Position numbers and translations under genes: made by a program
Part shown: positions 1 through 13,897 of the stretch, one piece after another
Layout: the number at the start of each line of letters is the position of its first letter
Numbering within the stretch: the first letter of the stretch is position 1
DNA from: the human T2T-CHM13v2.0 reference genome, Homo sapiens
DNA: 64,000 bases
Reading direction: 5' to 3' (one strand)
Assembly: GCF_009914755.1 (NCBI RefSeq)
Contig: NC_060941.1
Notes under the pieces: model-generated
Told to the model about the DNA's origin: nothing
What the model saw: only the letters and a program-made list of their open reading frames with translations
Database searches by the model: none

Positions 1-149
1 TAAGATAGTAAGGGTTTGAATTAGAGATGGCAGTGGGAATTTTAAAACTGGAAAGAAGAAAAAGAGAAAGGGTAAAAAAGACTGCAAAGAAAAACTAACA
101 GACCTTGGTGACTGACCAGATACAAATAAATATGTACAGATTGTGGGTA

Positions 150-520
150 GAGGGGTAGAATGAAGGAATGTCAAGGAAAAAGTCAATGACTTTTGAATGA
201 TTGGGAGTAAAAGGTATAGTGAGTTGTGAGGTTTTTTGTTTTGTTTTATGAGGGGATTGGAGAGGGACGAGAAGAGGTGAAGCAAAATGATGGAAAATGT
301 CCATTTAGACGATGGCGTTTGATGTCAACAGGAGATATCCAAGTGACGTAAAATTGAAAGGAGGATAGATGTATAACTGATAGTTTCAAAGGAGGGGAGG
401 GGAAGACACAGAAGGGACCTAAGGGGAGTTTAGGCTTAGACATGTGGAAAGTCACCAAAGGAAAATACTTGGTAGGTGATTCGAAGTTCAAGACTGGAGC
501 TCTGGGAGAGATTTAGGAAG
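150..520 (-). mobile_element. Degenerate L2 fragment
   Basis: Purine-rich L2-like phrases (gagtttaggcttagacatgtgg, actggagctctgggagagattt); by eye. Confidence 0.5.
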
Positions 521-758
521 ATAACTTCCCTTAAAAACATTTTAAATATTTGAGGTCTATTATCTGTTGACACACAAAGATATTCATTATATATTATTAA
601 GTCACTTTGGGATTTTATCCCTAAATGCAGAACTAGCCATAGTTCTGAGAGTTATGATAAAAGACATAGCCATAAACTAGCAACTGATAAAAGGATAGCT
701 ATGATACACAGCCAGTAGAAAGGGGACATCACGAGCTTCCACCCAATCAAGAACTTAC

Positions 759-866
759 ATTTTGCTGGGTAAATTCTCTGAACATAGCTGCCAGCCTGTC
801 ATCCTCAATATCACAGTCAGTCTTGATAGCCACATTGAGAATGTGAATTGGTTCATCCCTGGGAAC
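759..866 (-). CDS. ACACA: ACACA exon, 108 nt, [10 protein letters not shown]...EFTQQN
   Basis: Acceptor TTACAG, donor GTAAGT; phase 0-0. Confidence 0.97.
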
Positions 867-1776
867 CTGTAACTCAAGAACACAAGTCAAAGAAATTATG
901 AGGCTGGCCAATACAGATGCAGATAGAAGTTATAATATTTGGTAGAATACCTGAAAAAGAGATACACCCCACAGGATATTTTGGTTTGCCCAGCAGTAGG
1001 AATGAGCAAATTGAAACCACTGCCCAATAGCCACAGAGAGATTAAATCAGGTAAAGCATATAAATTTTAAAAGATAAGGCAGCAGAGGCATTAGTAACAG
1101 GTGGCCCAATCTTTACTTGGCATGAAGCTGAAGATCACTATGTCTCACCTTTTTTACCAATAAAATGGGGGTGAAACTATTTGCCACATCTCTTCACAGA
1201 ATGTGAAGGAAAATGAGTGATATAAGCCATCTGGACATGTTCCCACATAATATATTTCCTTACAATTTATCAAACAATGGAAGTATCAAATCATGAAAAA
1301 ATAACATCATAGAGAAAGAATAATTTATTTACTGATAAATAAAAAGAAATGATTTAATAAAAAGACAAAGTTTTCAACAAAATGCCTACTTTTTTTCTGT
1401 AATCTAAAGTCCTCCATTCTCTGAGGACTATGATTGCACCACTATGCAAAAATATAAGCCATGGCTGAGTAAGAATTCCAGCAACCAAAGCCCAAATCCT
1501 TAAAACAACATTCAGAGATTCAGAGGCAGCTGCAATGGACATAGCTGAGCCCACTCTATACTATGGACTCCAAAATTAATATAGTTTTTTTAAGTTAGGA
1601 TTTATATTCCACTTGTTTCCAGAAAATACTTTGGTGAGGCATACAAAATTAAATACTATAAAGTGGGGTAAAAGGATGAATTCTTTCCTATAATAGTTCA
1701 AAGTCAGAAAGATAGTATACAGTAGAAGTCCCATGTCTGAGGGGAACAAAGCAGTCTCCCAAAAGGGACATTATAC

Positions 1777-1873
1777 CTTATCCTCATCATAAAGAGACGT
1801 GTGACCTGCCTCAGGGAATGTGGGACTCTGGGGTGGGGAGTCAGAGAAGCAGCCCATCACTTCATCAAAGATC
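1777..1873 (-). CDS. ACACA: ACACA exon, 97 nt, (R)IFDEVMGCFSDSPPQSPTF...DEDK; Ser1263 (BRCA1-BRCT pSPxF site) codon 1825-1827
   Basis: Acceptor TTTTAG, donor GTATAA; phase 2-0. Confidence 0.97.
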
Positions 1874-2650
1874 CTAAAAAATACAAGAGAAACACCCACC
1901 ATGAAAACTCAAGTGGCATGAAACTAACACTGCCATTGGCAGCTGAGTCTAAAAGAATAATCTATCTTAGCCTGGGCTCAATAGTTAATTGAATAGAATC
2001 ACCAGTGGCTAGAGGTGACATGCAAAATTTCACCAAGTGGCAGAAATTAGGAGGATGGATTGTTTAAACTTTAATAAACCATATATATTTTTTCTTTTTT
2101 AGAAAGAATGATCTAAAGCTTTTTTGTTTGTTTTGTTTTCCTCATATGTAAGATATGAGCACTTCTGTCATCATCGGTCTTAAAGTAACAGAAAGTGTCT
2201 GGAACTGGAGTAGTGACAGACCAATGTAATTACCCCTCCCCCTAGGGTAATGCATCAGTATACATCAAGAGATAGATGCTGAATGCATTTAATCAAAAGA
2301 TGTATTGTCTCTTGTGGGGCTCACTCTAGTGTTATGTTTAATTTCTCCTGACATTTCACTCATCACAGAGCAGACAGCTTCTTCTGTTAGCTCCACAGGA
2401 AAAGATGGTTTTTGTTTGTTTCTTTTTTTCTGACCAGGCCCATACTACAAGTAGAGGCTTGTAGAATCTGAATGAGAGGTAGAAATGCAAGGATATATAC
2501 CTCTCCAACGGCATATACAGCAAGGGTTACATCTTTTTAGCTGGCTCATGGCTATTCGGGAGACCTTTATTCATTTTGCAGAAAGATGAGACCCCAAAAC
2601 ACAGATGTCCATGGCTCCCCTTGTACAGACATAGTTCCACAATGTCTTAC

Positions 2651-2794
2651 CTGACAAAATCTTCAAAAGTCCGAAAAGAGACCATTCCGCCCATCCGCTG
2701 ACAAGGTGGAGTGAATGAGTTGTCCAACAGTACATCGCTGACACTAGCTACATGGGTCATGCCATAGTGGTTGAGGTTGGAGGAGAAGGACATT
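2651..2794 (-). CDS. ACACA: ACACA exon, 144 nt, (R)MSFSSNLNHY...FEDFV(R); Ser1201 codon 2788-2790, Ser1216 codon 2743-2745
   Basis: Acceptor ATTTAG, donor GTAAGA; phase 2-2. Numbering is consistent when counted from Lys786. Confidence 0.97.
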
Positions 2795-5460
2795 CTAAAT
2801 GGTAATTCAATCACGTTCATTAGACAAGGAGGGTAGGAGCAAGGACTGGGAAAGTAACAGTAGGGAAAAGGAACTAGGAGAAAACTCTGAAGTAGGGTCA
2901 GGTTGCAGAGCAGATTTGGTTTTTTTACCCACTATGGATAAGGTTGTTTTGCTGGATTCATGTTAACCCTTTCTTTTGAATTTCCCTAAATAAACTATAT
3001 TTTCATCACTCCAAAATTTCTTCAAATAAAAAGCTAAGAACTGTTAGGAATTTCCAGGCAGTTTTAACACAATTACATTATAAGATGTCCAATGAATGAA
3101 TAGCACATAGGGGTTAAAAACCATCCTGCATCTTCCCCCTCCCTAAAGCATTCCCTCCTTTAAAAGGAAGTAAGCAAGCCAAGTGAGTTGTAACTATGCA
3201 ATGCTTAAGGCATTTTGTTTTCTAGGAACTGTAATAGAGTAAGTATTCACAGATACATAAAGAGATAGGTATATATATGTATGTAAAACAACAATTGTAA
3301 TTAAGTCACCTGGAATGGTTTAGTAAATAATTATATAAAACATTAGGGTACAGAAACAGGTCACAGTCTATAAAAGGAACTTTACTGAGGAATTTACTTT
3401 CTCCTTTAATGGGTTGGTAGGCATAGTTATTGGGGTTACAGTTCTCCCTTTTTGAAAGAGAGCTATTTTTCAACCCCAAATTGCACGTTTTTCTTTTCAT
3501 AGTTAAGCACTTCTATACCAAAACAAAAAAATCTCCATTGAAAGCCCTTAATAATTTCCAGCAAGATACAAAAGGGCAGAGCATGGGTCTCAAAGTATGT
3601 GTAAGCATGACAAGCAGCTGCTAAACGGAGATGCCTGAAGAGAACTGAACTGATTTGCTCAATCTAAAAACAATGAATCTCTATATTTCTTGATGTACCT
3701 TAACAGTATGTACTGATAAATAATACTGTAAAGTGTTTCTGAATGCTCAATCAGGACAGCCTGTTAGGAAGGACCAAGCTAAAGGATGCCTCCAGGACTT
3801 GCCTGACATGTTACCAGCATACTGATCTGAAGCAAGTTCAGGGCAAGGCAATGGCACTTGAATTTGGGGAACTGCCCCAAAAATCTCCTTGAAGTACACC
3901 ACCTGCGGTGTTGCAGGGGGAAGAGAGACGACAACGTGGACTTGATATCTGGGTACATATTGTACCCTATCGCAAATCATAATTACAAGGCAATGGAATT
4001 CTTTGTAGGATGGGAGTGCTGCTCACACAGACTATAGAGACTGACACTCCAGGTTTTTATTCCTTTGGCGAGTGATGACTATGGAAAAGGTACATCATCT
4101 TTTGACAGTACTTGGGAGTAGAAGGCAAAGTGGGAGAGGAAACCATTGATACAATGAATGAAACAAACAAATGAAACACACATCAAGCAAGTCTTACACA
4201 TGGTGCTCACTAGAAACTGGGATTCAGAGTTGTATTACCACAGAAGTGCTATCATCCTCCTCTTTTCTAGGATCACCAAATATATTTACTAAAAAAGCAA
4301 GTTTGTGAGGCATTGTATCTTTTCTACTTGCTTGGCATTAGACAGGAAAGATAAAAGGGTTCCAGACCACATTTAAAGGGAACTCCCTCTGAAGAAGTTA
4401 ACAAACTATGTTTGTGGCAACCATGGGGTTAAGTAGCTTTTTCACTCAACTGAACCCCATGGGAAATATCGACTATTCAGTTTCCCCTCACTGCTATGCT
4501 TGTGAACCAGGGTGGCTAAAGGCAGGCAGGAATGAGCCAAGCCCACTCACCAAGGGAAGACTACAAGACCAATTAAAAGCATTCCCTTTCCTCTCCACAT
4601 CCAAATTGGGATCTAAAAGCTATGATTAGTCTTGATTACTTAATATTTTAAAGGGAGAGGGACAAAATAAATGTAAATCTATAAATAGTTCCACGTGTAG
4701 CTGATTATCTGCAAAGACCTTGCCATCAACTTACTATTGCTTTTGCATTTTGTGGATTCAATTCCAATCAGAATTGTTATCCTCTCAAACTTGCATTGTG
4801 TTGCCTTGCTTGGTTCAAGAGACAGGAGAAACCCAAAATACTAAAATATCACTTATGTTATATTAGCCTGGAAACCTCCACACAGGGTTAAACACATCAA
4901 AACTTAAATATACTTTTCCAATGTTAATCTTATTATAGGTCTGAAATAAAAACTGACTATCATAACATTTTAACACTTTAGAAAATTAACTAACAAACTG
5001 ATAAAACATGAGATCAGCTATTTCTGGATCTGCACTCCTCTAAAAGGAGAAGCAAATTAGAGAAACTAAAAATTGTAAAAACTGTGAATAATTTGCCAGG
5101 ATAGGAGTAACCTTAAGGGTTTCTCCTCTGAAAGCCCCAAACTACACAGAGAACTTAGCAAAAGAAGATGTTGCTAGCAAGGCCGGACATAAGGCAGATA
5201 AACCCCCTATCATACACAGCTAGATGGGAGCTTCTCCATACTGAGGCTTTTCAAGTAGTGCTTTTTGAACAGCTGAAGAAAAGCTGAAGCCATGTTTTCC
5301 AAACAGAAAGAATAATTTAGTATGTCCAAAGGGGAGCTCAAGACTCCCTAGCAGATAACACATTATCTTGTCAAGTGTTGTGGTTTTTTTTTTCCTGGTT
5401 TCACTATTCTAAGTTACATAAAGGTGCTTTTAATTGGAAAAGAAACTAAACATACGGTAC

Positions 5461-5484
5461 CTGTTTAGCGTAGGGATGTTCCCT
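5461..5484 (-). CDS. ACACA: ACACA 24-nt cassette microexon, (R)GNIPTLN(R)
   Basis: TTACAG|AGGGAACATCCCTACGCTAAACAG|GTACCG; symmetric phase 2-2; matches the known 8-aa alternatively spliced insert just upstream of Ser1200/1201. Confidence 0.95.
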
Positions 5485-7630
5485 CTGTAATTAAACAACC
5501 ACAGTTAGTTACTGATAAGTTAGTGAAAGCCATAATAAAAGAATTGTCAGAGCAGATATAGACCAGTCATGAGGAGCTCCAGTTTGGCAGCTCTGGCATT
5601 CAGCAGACATAATTAAGTGCTCATTACCCTTCAACCCCCAGGATACCTCCAAAGAGGCATGCTCCTAACCTACCTCACCACACCAGCTGTTGATGGAAAG
5701 GGTCAAAATGTATTTACCATGGATTTTAAAAATAGCTCTATTACCAAAAAAAAAAAAAAAAAAAAAAAAAATTTAGAGTAGTGGTAAAACACAGGCTGAT
5801 GAAAATTAATTTAAGCTATATGATATGGTATATTAACTCAAGCTTCAATAAGAAATATAATTCTTCACAGGATTCTTAGAGACTCTTCTTTCTTGTTCCT
5901 ATTACTGAAGGTGTAATAAGGAGGTCCAGGGAAGTTGATTCCACAGCTCCTCCTACTTTAATCGCTTATCCAGGATATGTGACAGACCTACAAATTCTCC
6001 ACCAAAGAAAAGTATCCAGGAATCTGGGTTCCCAGCTACCTGTTCTAAGTCTTTTTAACCATACTCTTCCTCCCATGAAGGAGAGCAGGGGGGAAGGTAC
6101 TGTATTCTAGGAGCTTAAAAGAACTGAAAATCATGCAGGAAAGTAATGATAAATGATTCTATGATAAGTTGTTAAAATTAATTAATACTTTGTAATTAAA
6201 TGAGTTTAGGGTCATAATGATTTTAAAAATTGCTGTTAGCTTAAAAACTCTAGGCCTCTCATAAATAAAACCTTATCTAAATTTGACTACCACAGAACTT
6301 CCTTATAAAGAATGTGCCAAATCATGAAAGAAAGACCACGATAAGAATAGGAAACTACAAGGCACATCTCCCACATTCTCTTTGGCCTTTGCCACTAACT
6401 CCTTTTAAAAGATTTCCCCAACTGAAAAATAATCAAACAAATAAAAACCTTTATTTTCAATGTTAAATGGGCAAAGTTATACTTACCACCTACAATTTAG
6501 GGGCATTGTAAGGGGGCTGATCGGTTGATATCTTAACCTTCTAACATTCTTTTATCAGCATTTAATCACTGTTGGGGTTTTCTAGCACACAGAGGACTTA
6601 ATGGGCAGAACATAGTGGGTGGTGCTGATGATATGTGGAAAGGAAGATAGAGGGAGGAAAACGATGCACTTTCCATGGCAGTAGAAGGAGCAGAATAGAC
6701 TGAGCAGGCCATATAAATAAAAAGCTGTGACATATCACTGCACACAAACTGTATACCTCATGTGATTTGTGAGTAGAAATGCTCTTTGCATCAAACCTGT
6801 ATCACAGAGTGAATTCATAAGACAGCAAGAGCAACCTCTGAGTGCAGAAACCTGAACCTTTGCTGTTTGGATTCCTTAAGCCTCTCACTCAGGAGAGTGG
6901 GTTTTATTTTTACAAGAGATCCTTAGTTATAATGCACTTGGGCCTCAACAATACAGAAAAAATAGGCACAGGTTCTAGAACAGAGGGAGGTACAGCTGAA
7001 CAGAAAACTAACTGCAGATGCTAATGAGAATAGTTTTCCTTTTACGATATAAAGGATGCTAAAGAAAGGGGCCGCCTGCACAGTTTCTTAGCATGAATCT
7101 CAGTTCAGAGAGAACTCTACAACCAAAGAAACCTCAGGTTCCATTCATCCAGGTTTCTAGAGTTTAGAAACCAGTATAATCTCTCTCAACTGTTAACAAA
7201 TTTCCTAATCTAATAAAATAATCTAACTGCTTCTGTAGCTACATTCTAATCCCTTTGGGAGTCTTCACAGGATGACGGCCATGTTTTCAGTAGAAAAAGG
7301 CCCGAACTGAAAAGAACACCAATAACAACAAAAAGCCAGGCTTTCTCCATCAGCAACTCTCAAGCTCCTATAGAGAGCCCCCTGCTGCTTTGTTATAAGA
7401 ATTATGCACCATCTACACAGTATGGGTCAAAAAGCAAAAACTCCCAACATCTCTAATTTTTAAAGGAATGGTCCCAAATCAATCATGTAAGTAGGTTTAG
7501 AGCCAGCTTATCCACTTAGGTAGAATAAGAATCTGTGGGGATGTAAGGGAGATAAGCAAGGAAGGAAGGAAGGATAAACTGTCTATTAACAGATAAATAT
7601 TTGGTCATGTCCATAATGATCATTTACATG

Positions 7631-7784
7631 TTTTCTTTTTTTTTTTCTTTTTCTTTTTTTAAGAAATAGAGACAAGGTCCCACTATGTTGCCCAGGCTAG
7701 TCTTGAACTCCTGAGCTCAAGTGATCCTCCTATCTCAGCCTCCCAAAGTGCTAGGATTATAGGCATGAGCCAGCAAACCTGGCC
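7631..7784 (-). mobile_element. FLAM / Alu left monomer
   Basis: Poly-T then tcccaaagtgctaggattataggcatgagcc...ggcc. Confidence 0.85.
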
Positions 7785-8010
7785 ACTACAAATTTTTCAT
7801 CCTATACAAGGGCTATATGGTCAATTTAAGAATATGACAAATGTGGCATATCGCACACTACTGTGATACACCAGAAAGCTAGATTAACACTCTGTACCAA
7901 AAAAAAAAAAAAGCCACACACACAACTAAGGGAAGAGATTGTATACGAGTCAAATATTCCATTTATGTAGCTGAAAATAAAATTTGCCACATTCCACTGC
8001 ATACTCATCA

Positions 8011-8363
<353 letters not shown>

Positions 8364-11117
8364 GTAAAATTGCTCAATCTTTGATAAGGCAATCAAGTAT
8401 ATTTTCAAATACATAAATGGGACATAAATTCACTTCCTATCTGCTGTTTGGGCTATTCAAAACACTTATTATAATGAATCTTCATTTACAACATTTGATG
8501 AATATTAGAACCACTTTCTTTCTAGTAGATTAGCTCCATTTTACAGATGTGATAACCAAAAAACCAAAGAGGATGCTTTCCAATGACATTGTTCAATATG
8601 GTGTCATAAACCACAATCTAGACTTGGCATTTTCTTATCTCCGCTCTCCAAGTTAGCATTCCACATCAGTATAGATTTTAGAGAAAGACAAGAGAAATCC
8701 TGTGAATTCTGAGGTTCCCGGCACTAAGTCACCTCTGATTTTATTGCTCTGCCTGCCCAGAATGGCTGGAGAGCTTGCTTCAATATGAATGCAAAGTCAG
8801 AGTTGCCGCTGCTAGCTGAACCCTCTTTAATTTAAAGAACACTGACTTCTCTGGCAGCCACAAGTTCTGTGAGCCTTTTTACCATCCCTTCCAGCTGAAT
8901 TTCATTTGGCTTGATTCTAGCTGGCCTTATATAAATCTTTTATCATATAAAAATGCTCCTGATTCTTTTGCTTCCTAACTTGAAGAAGAAAAAAAAAAGA
9001 GCCCATATGAAAATGATGGGGATGCATGCAAACAAGCAGTGGTTACATCAAGCTGTGACTGAAAGCCAGTATAGGGCAACTCTTTTGAAATCAGGCAGCA
9101 AAGCAGAATCAGAAGAGGTCGGCTGAATAACCTACTAGCAGCCACTAACAGCAGTACCATAGGAGAAAGAGCAATTTGACTGGCTGTGACCAGTGGTGGT
9201 CTCTTTGCATGACTATATTTCTGCAGGAAAATCCAAATCAAGAACTGTAAAACACATCTGAACCACGTATTTCTACTGGCATCTCCCCCACCACCTCCTT
9301 GCAGTTCAGATGCCCTGAGTCTACTGCAGAGCTTTAGTTTACAATAAAATGATCATTACTTCATTCATTTGCAGCCCCTCCAAAGCCCCTTCTTTGCTCT
9401 GCTGGAAGGTTTTGCTCTTTCTGAAACAAGTACATCAACAGAGCTACAGCATATTACTGTTGCCTGCTATATAATTAGCTACGAACCCACAGCACAAAAC
9501 TACGGGGATTTACAGGTGTCCTGGATTCTGCTTTTCCTTCCCCCAGGACTCAGCTAGTCTTCCTTGACAAGAAGGGACCTTGGGCTACCCTAATGATATA
9601 TTGAGAGTTTTAAACTCAACTCTCCAATCTTACAAGTCTAGAGTGCCAAAATAACACAGCAGAGACTAGAAGCTGAGCCACGGATACAGGAAAGCACTTT
9701 GGTAAGCACTTAAACCTGCTGAGAATCTTCTCTTCTGCCAGATACTTGCATCTTATCAGCAGACTACCCTGAATGAAGGAAGCAAGCACTGTAAGATTTC
9801 ATTTATTTATAGCTCATTCTGGCTTGCTAACTACAACAAGTGCTCCCACTGCAGAAACAATGCTACAAGTTGGATGACTTCTGAGTATCTCAGTACTATC
9901 CAAAGAAAGGTCTAATCTCTGGGTGTTAAAGATTATCAGAATTCTTGAGAATGGCAGTTGGCTACCAATTAGTCACATGGAAGGCTCCTGATTTCTAACC
10001 TTCCTTATGAATAAAAAGTCCAGAGGCCGCCCACTGACAGCTGAACATTGAGGATGGATGCCAAGCAGCCTAAACTCAGCCATGACCAAAACACATGCTA
10101 TCAGGGGAAAACACAGCCGACCTCTTCTGGAGGTAAGACTTGAGAAAAGGGAAGTATTTGAATTAAAACATTATAACACAGAAGGCCAAATTCACAAGTA
10201 GCAAACAGCAGAGAAGGTACAGTGGAATCCGACTTAACTAAAGCATGGATTTCCATCTATGAAATAGGTGGAAATAAACACCAATAGGTCCTCACCCATT
10301 ATATATGTACAGAAACGTACAACAAAGTACACCTCCATCTCCTGCATCAAATGTGATGCTTCTTATTTGAATCACAGAGTAAAGGTTAAAAAGATTACTC
10401 ATGTTCACTAGCGTATATTAATTATAAAAATCATTTGGAGTTTTAAATTGTGTACTCCCAGACTGTCATATTATATTATACAGAGTCATATGCATAGGCA
10501 CAATTTATGGGATAATATACTTTACATATGTTTGTATAAATATAACTATATTTTAAAAGATCAAATACTAGTTGACTGAAGAATTTGTTTCCAGATTATC
10601 CTGAGGCACTTAATATGCCCAAAGCTTAGTGAAATCCTGAAGGTCAAATGAGTCAATGAATTGTGCAAAATACAGACATTCAGGATGATGCTTCAGTGTA
10701 ACAAGCTTTCCCATCACCAGCACCAGTGAGTGATACTTAAGTTTCTGAATAGGAAAAAAGACAGACATATACAAAACTTGGGCTCTAAACCCTAAGACTC
10801 ACTAGGGAAAGAAGGAGAAAAAGGAATATTCAATGATATAGTTTGAACTCCAGGGTTAATTCATGTAAAACTCACTAAAGGGCTGGGCTCACAGAATCTT
10901 CAATGAGAGAATTAGGTTCTAGAAGTCTGCACAATAATAAAATGCTCCCTTAGTATAGACTAGTTGCCCTGAATATTCCTGCACCATGAAAACAACTTGA
11001 GATAGTCACTTCTCCTTCAAGAACACAAGTCAGTTAAAAAATGACACATTAAAAAAAAAAAATCCCCTCCCCTCAAAAAGAATCACACAGCCTTTAATGC
11101 TAAGAAGGTAAAAAAGG

Positions 11118-11120
<3 letters not shown>

Positions 11121-11153
<33 letters not shown>

Positions 11154-11183
11154 CATACACATGTTACATATACATACACACAC

Positions 11184-11221
<38 letters not shown>
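11121..11221. repeat. Compound microsatellite (CA)n...(TG)n(TA)n
   Basis: Read directly. Confidence 0.95.
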
Positions 11222-11974
11222 GTTTCTAACTATGCTTAAATCAGAAAAATCTCTTTAGCTGCTGTTCAAGTGAAGGAAATTTTAGAAGTAAAGGGTAAAT
11301 CCAGACCAGAAGCTTGCCTGAGTGAAGTTCTAATAACTGGATCCTCTGCTGAATAAGACCTACAGATGCCAAATAAGTTGGAACTACAGTCCCCAGAAAA
11401 AAAATTTAGAAGTCTTGGGTAGAAGATCAAAAAGGAGATAATATACCTCGACTGATGCACACCTAGCAAGAAATGAAATAGGAAGTCACACAGATTAGGA
11501 ATAAACTATTTAGTAATCTGCTTTTTAAAAAAATTATTGGAGTTTTTTTTTCTAAAAATAGTCGAATTATACCAAAAAACAGAGTAACCGCAACATGTCA
11601 AACAATGCAAAGTCCTATGATGAATTAAAAGAAAAACAAAAATGTACCAAATATGTTACTACAAAGCAACTGTTCAAGTGTGCTAAAAACAGGTGTCTTC
11701 TCCCTTTTCAGAGGCTCCCCTAGTCATTTGCAATATATTTTGCCTACTTCTCTAAAAATCAAAATAGGTCCTAATAAGTAAGATACAGGTCTTCAATCCC
11801 AACAGCAACTAAGGGATTTTCCTGAATAAAAAAAAAAACAAAAACAAAAACAAAAAAAACTCTGCTGCCAGTTTGCAGACAGAGTGCCGTGTTTCACCCC
11901 AACCTATGGAGGCTAAATCACAGTCAAAAACAAACTGCGTGACTGGGAATTATAGTAAGAGGAGTTAAAAACAA

Positions 11975-12377
<403 letters not shown>

Positions 12378-12458
12378 CTACTTCAAAAACACCTAGCTAG
12401 GAATGTGAAGACCAAGTGCAAGGAAAGAAAACACAAAAAATTGGTTAAACAAAATACT

Positions 12459-12851
<393 letters not shown>

Positions 12852-13202
12852 TTATTTGAGACCAGCCTGGGAACATGACAAGACCCCATCTCTATGGGAG
12901 GGGAAAAAAAAATTGGTTTGTTAACCTCAATTGGGAAAAATATAAAATTCTGTTTTATATTGATAAGTAAAATATGTATGATTCATATACCTTTTCTTTA
13001 TTCTCACTGATTTTTAAAGCATGCATAAAATATTGTAGTGTAACATCTATAATATCAACTGTGAATAATTCCTGTAACTACTAAGAATAAGCAACATAAG
13101 AATAATAATTTTTCCTCTCTCCACGGGCACTACCAGTAACAAAAAAAAAAAAAAAAAAAAAGAGGGCTCAGTGTGACTGTCCTAATTAATTTTTGGTCTA
13201 AG

Positions 13203-13504
13203 TTGAACTGTCTAATATAGCAGCCATTAGCCACATGCAGCTAGGGTAGTACTTGAAATACGGCTAGTTTATATTGAGATATGCTGTAAGTATAGAATAC
13301 GTGCTAAATTTCAAAGATACAGTATGAATAAAAGAAAAAATATTAACAATTGTTATTACATATTGAAATGGTATTTTGGATATAATGGGTTAAATAAGAT
13401 GTTATTTGAATTAATTTTATCTGTTTCTTTTTACTTTTAAATGTGGCCAATAGAAAATTTTAAATAGCATGTAGCTTGTATTATATTTCTATTTGACAGT
13501 ACTG
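13203..13504. mobile_element. MER33-like hAT-Charlie DNA transposon fossil
   Basis: ctgtctaatatag...agccacatgcagct...acttgaaat...tatttgacagtactg termini. Confidence 0.7.
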
Positions 13505-13506
13505 GT

Positions 13507-13672
13507 TTAGAAGTAGTAACTGTCAATTATAGCTGTTCATCAGAGTTCAGAGGAGCTTTTCAAAGTGGTCACCTGGACTCTAATCCAAAATGAATCGGGT
13601 CTTGAAAGTCAGGACTCCAATATGTGTATTTTCAAATTACCCCTCAGATAATTTTGAGAATCATTAATCTAG
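13507..13672. mobile_element. MER5-like hAT fossil
   Basis: tgtattttcaaattacccctcagataattttgagaatcatt...; by eye. Confidence 0.5.
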
Positions 13673-13897
13673 AGGTTAGTGGACATAACTGAGCCTTACA
13701 GGACAGAGTGGAACAAATATTGGTAGCCCTCTGTAACTTCTTTCTGTAGAATGAGAAACAATATGCTTTTCGCCTGCTTGATCAAAACAATAACATACAA
13801 AAAAAGTACTGGAGTTAGAAAAAGAAGAAAAGTACTTGGCTCAAAACTAGCTAAATCTAAAAGAGCTTAGATTTCTGTTTAAGATGAGCAGGCCTAT

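Noticed and set aside
3806-3860. H/ACA-like 3' hairpin ending in ACA-NNN on the minus strand
   Set aside because: No ANANNA H box at the hinge, and the upper stem is too short. I recall an H/ACA snoRNA annotated somewhere in ACACA but could not locate one in this window; an Infernal or snoReport scan would decide.
3863-3881. IRE-like hairpin with a CAGUU loop on the minus strand
   Set aside because: An IRE needs CAGUGN plus a bulged C five pairs below the loop; both are absent, and the site is intronic.
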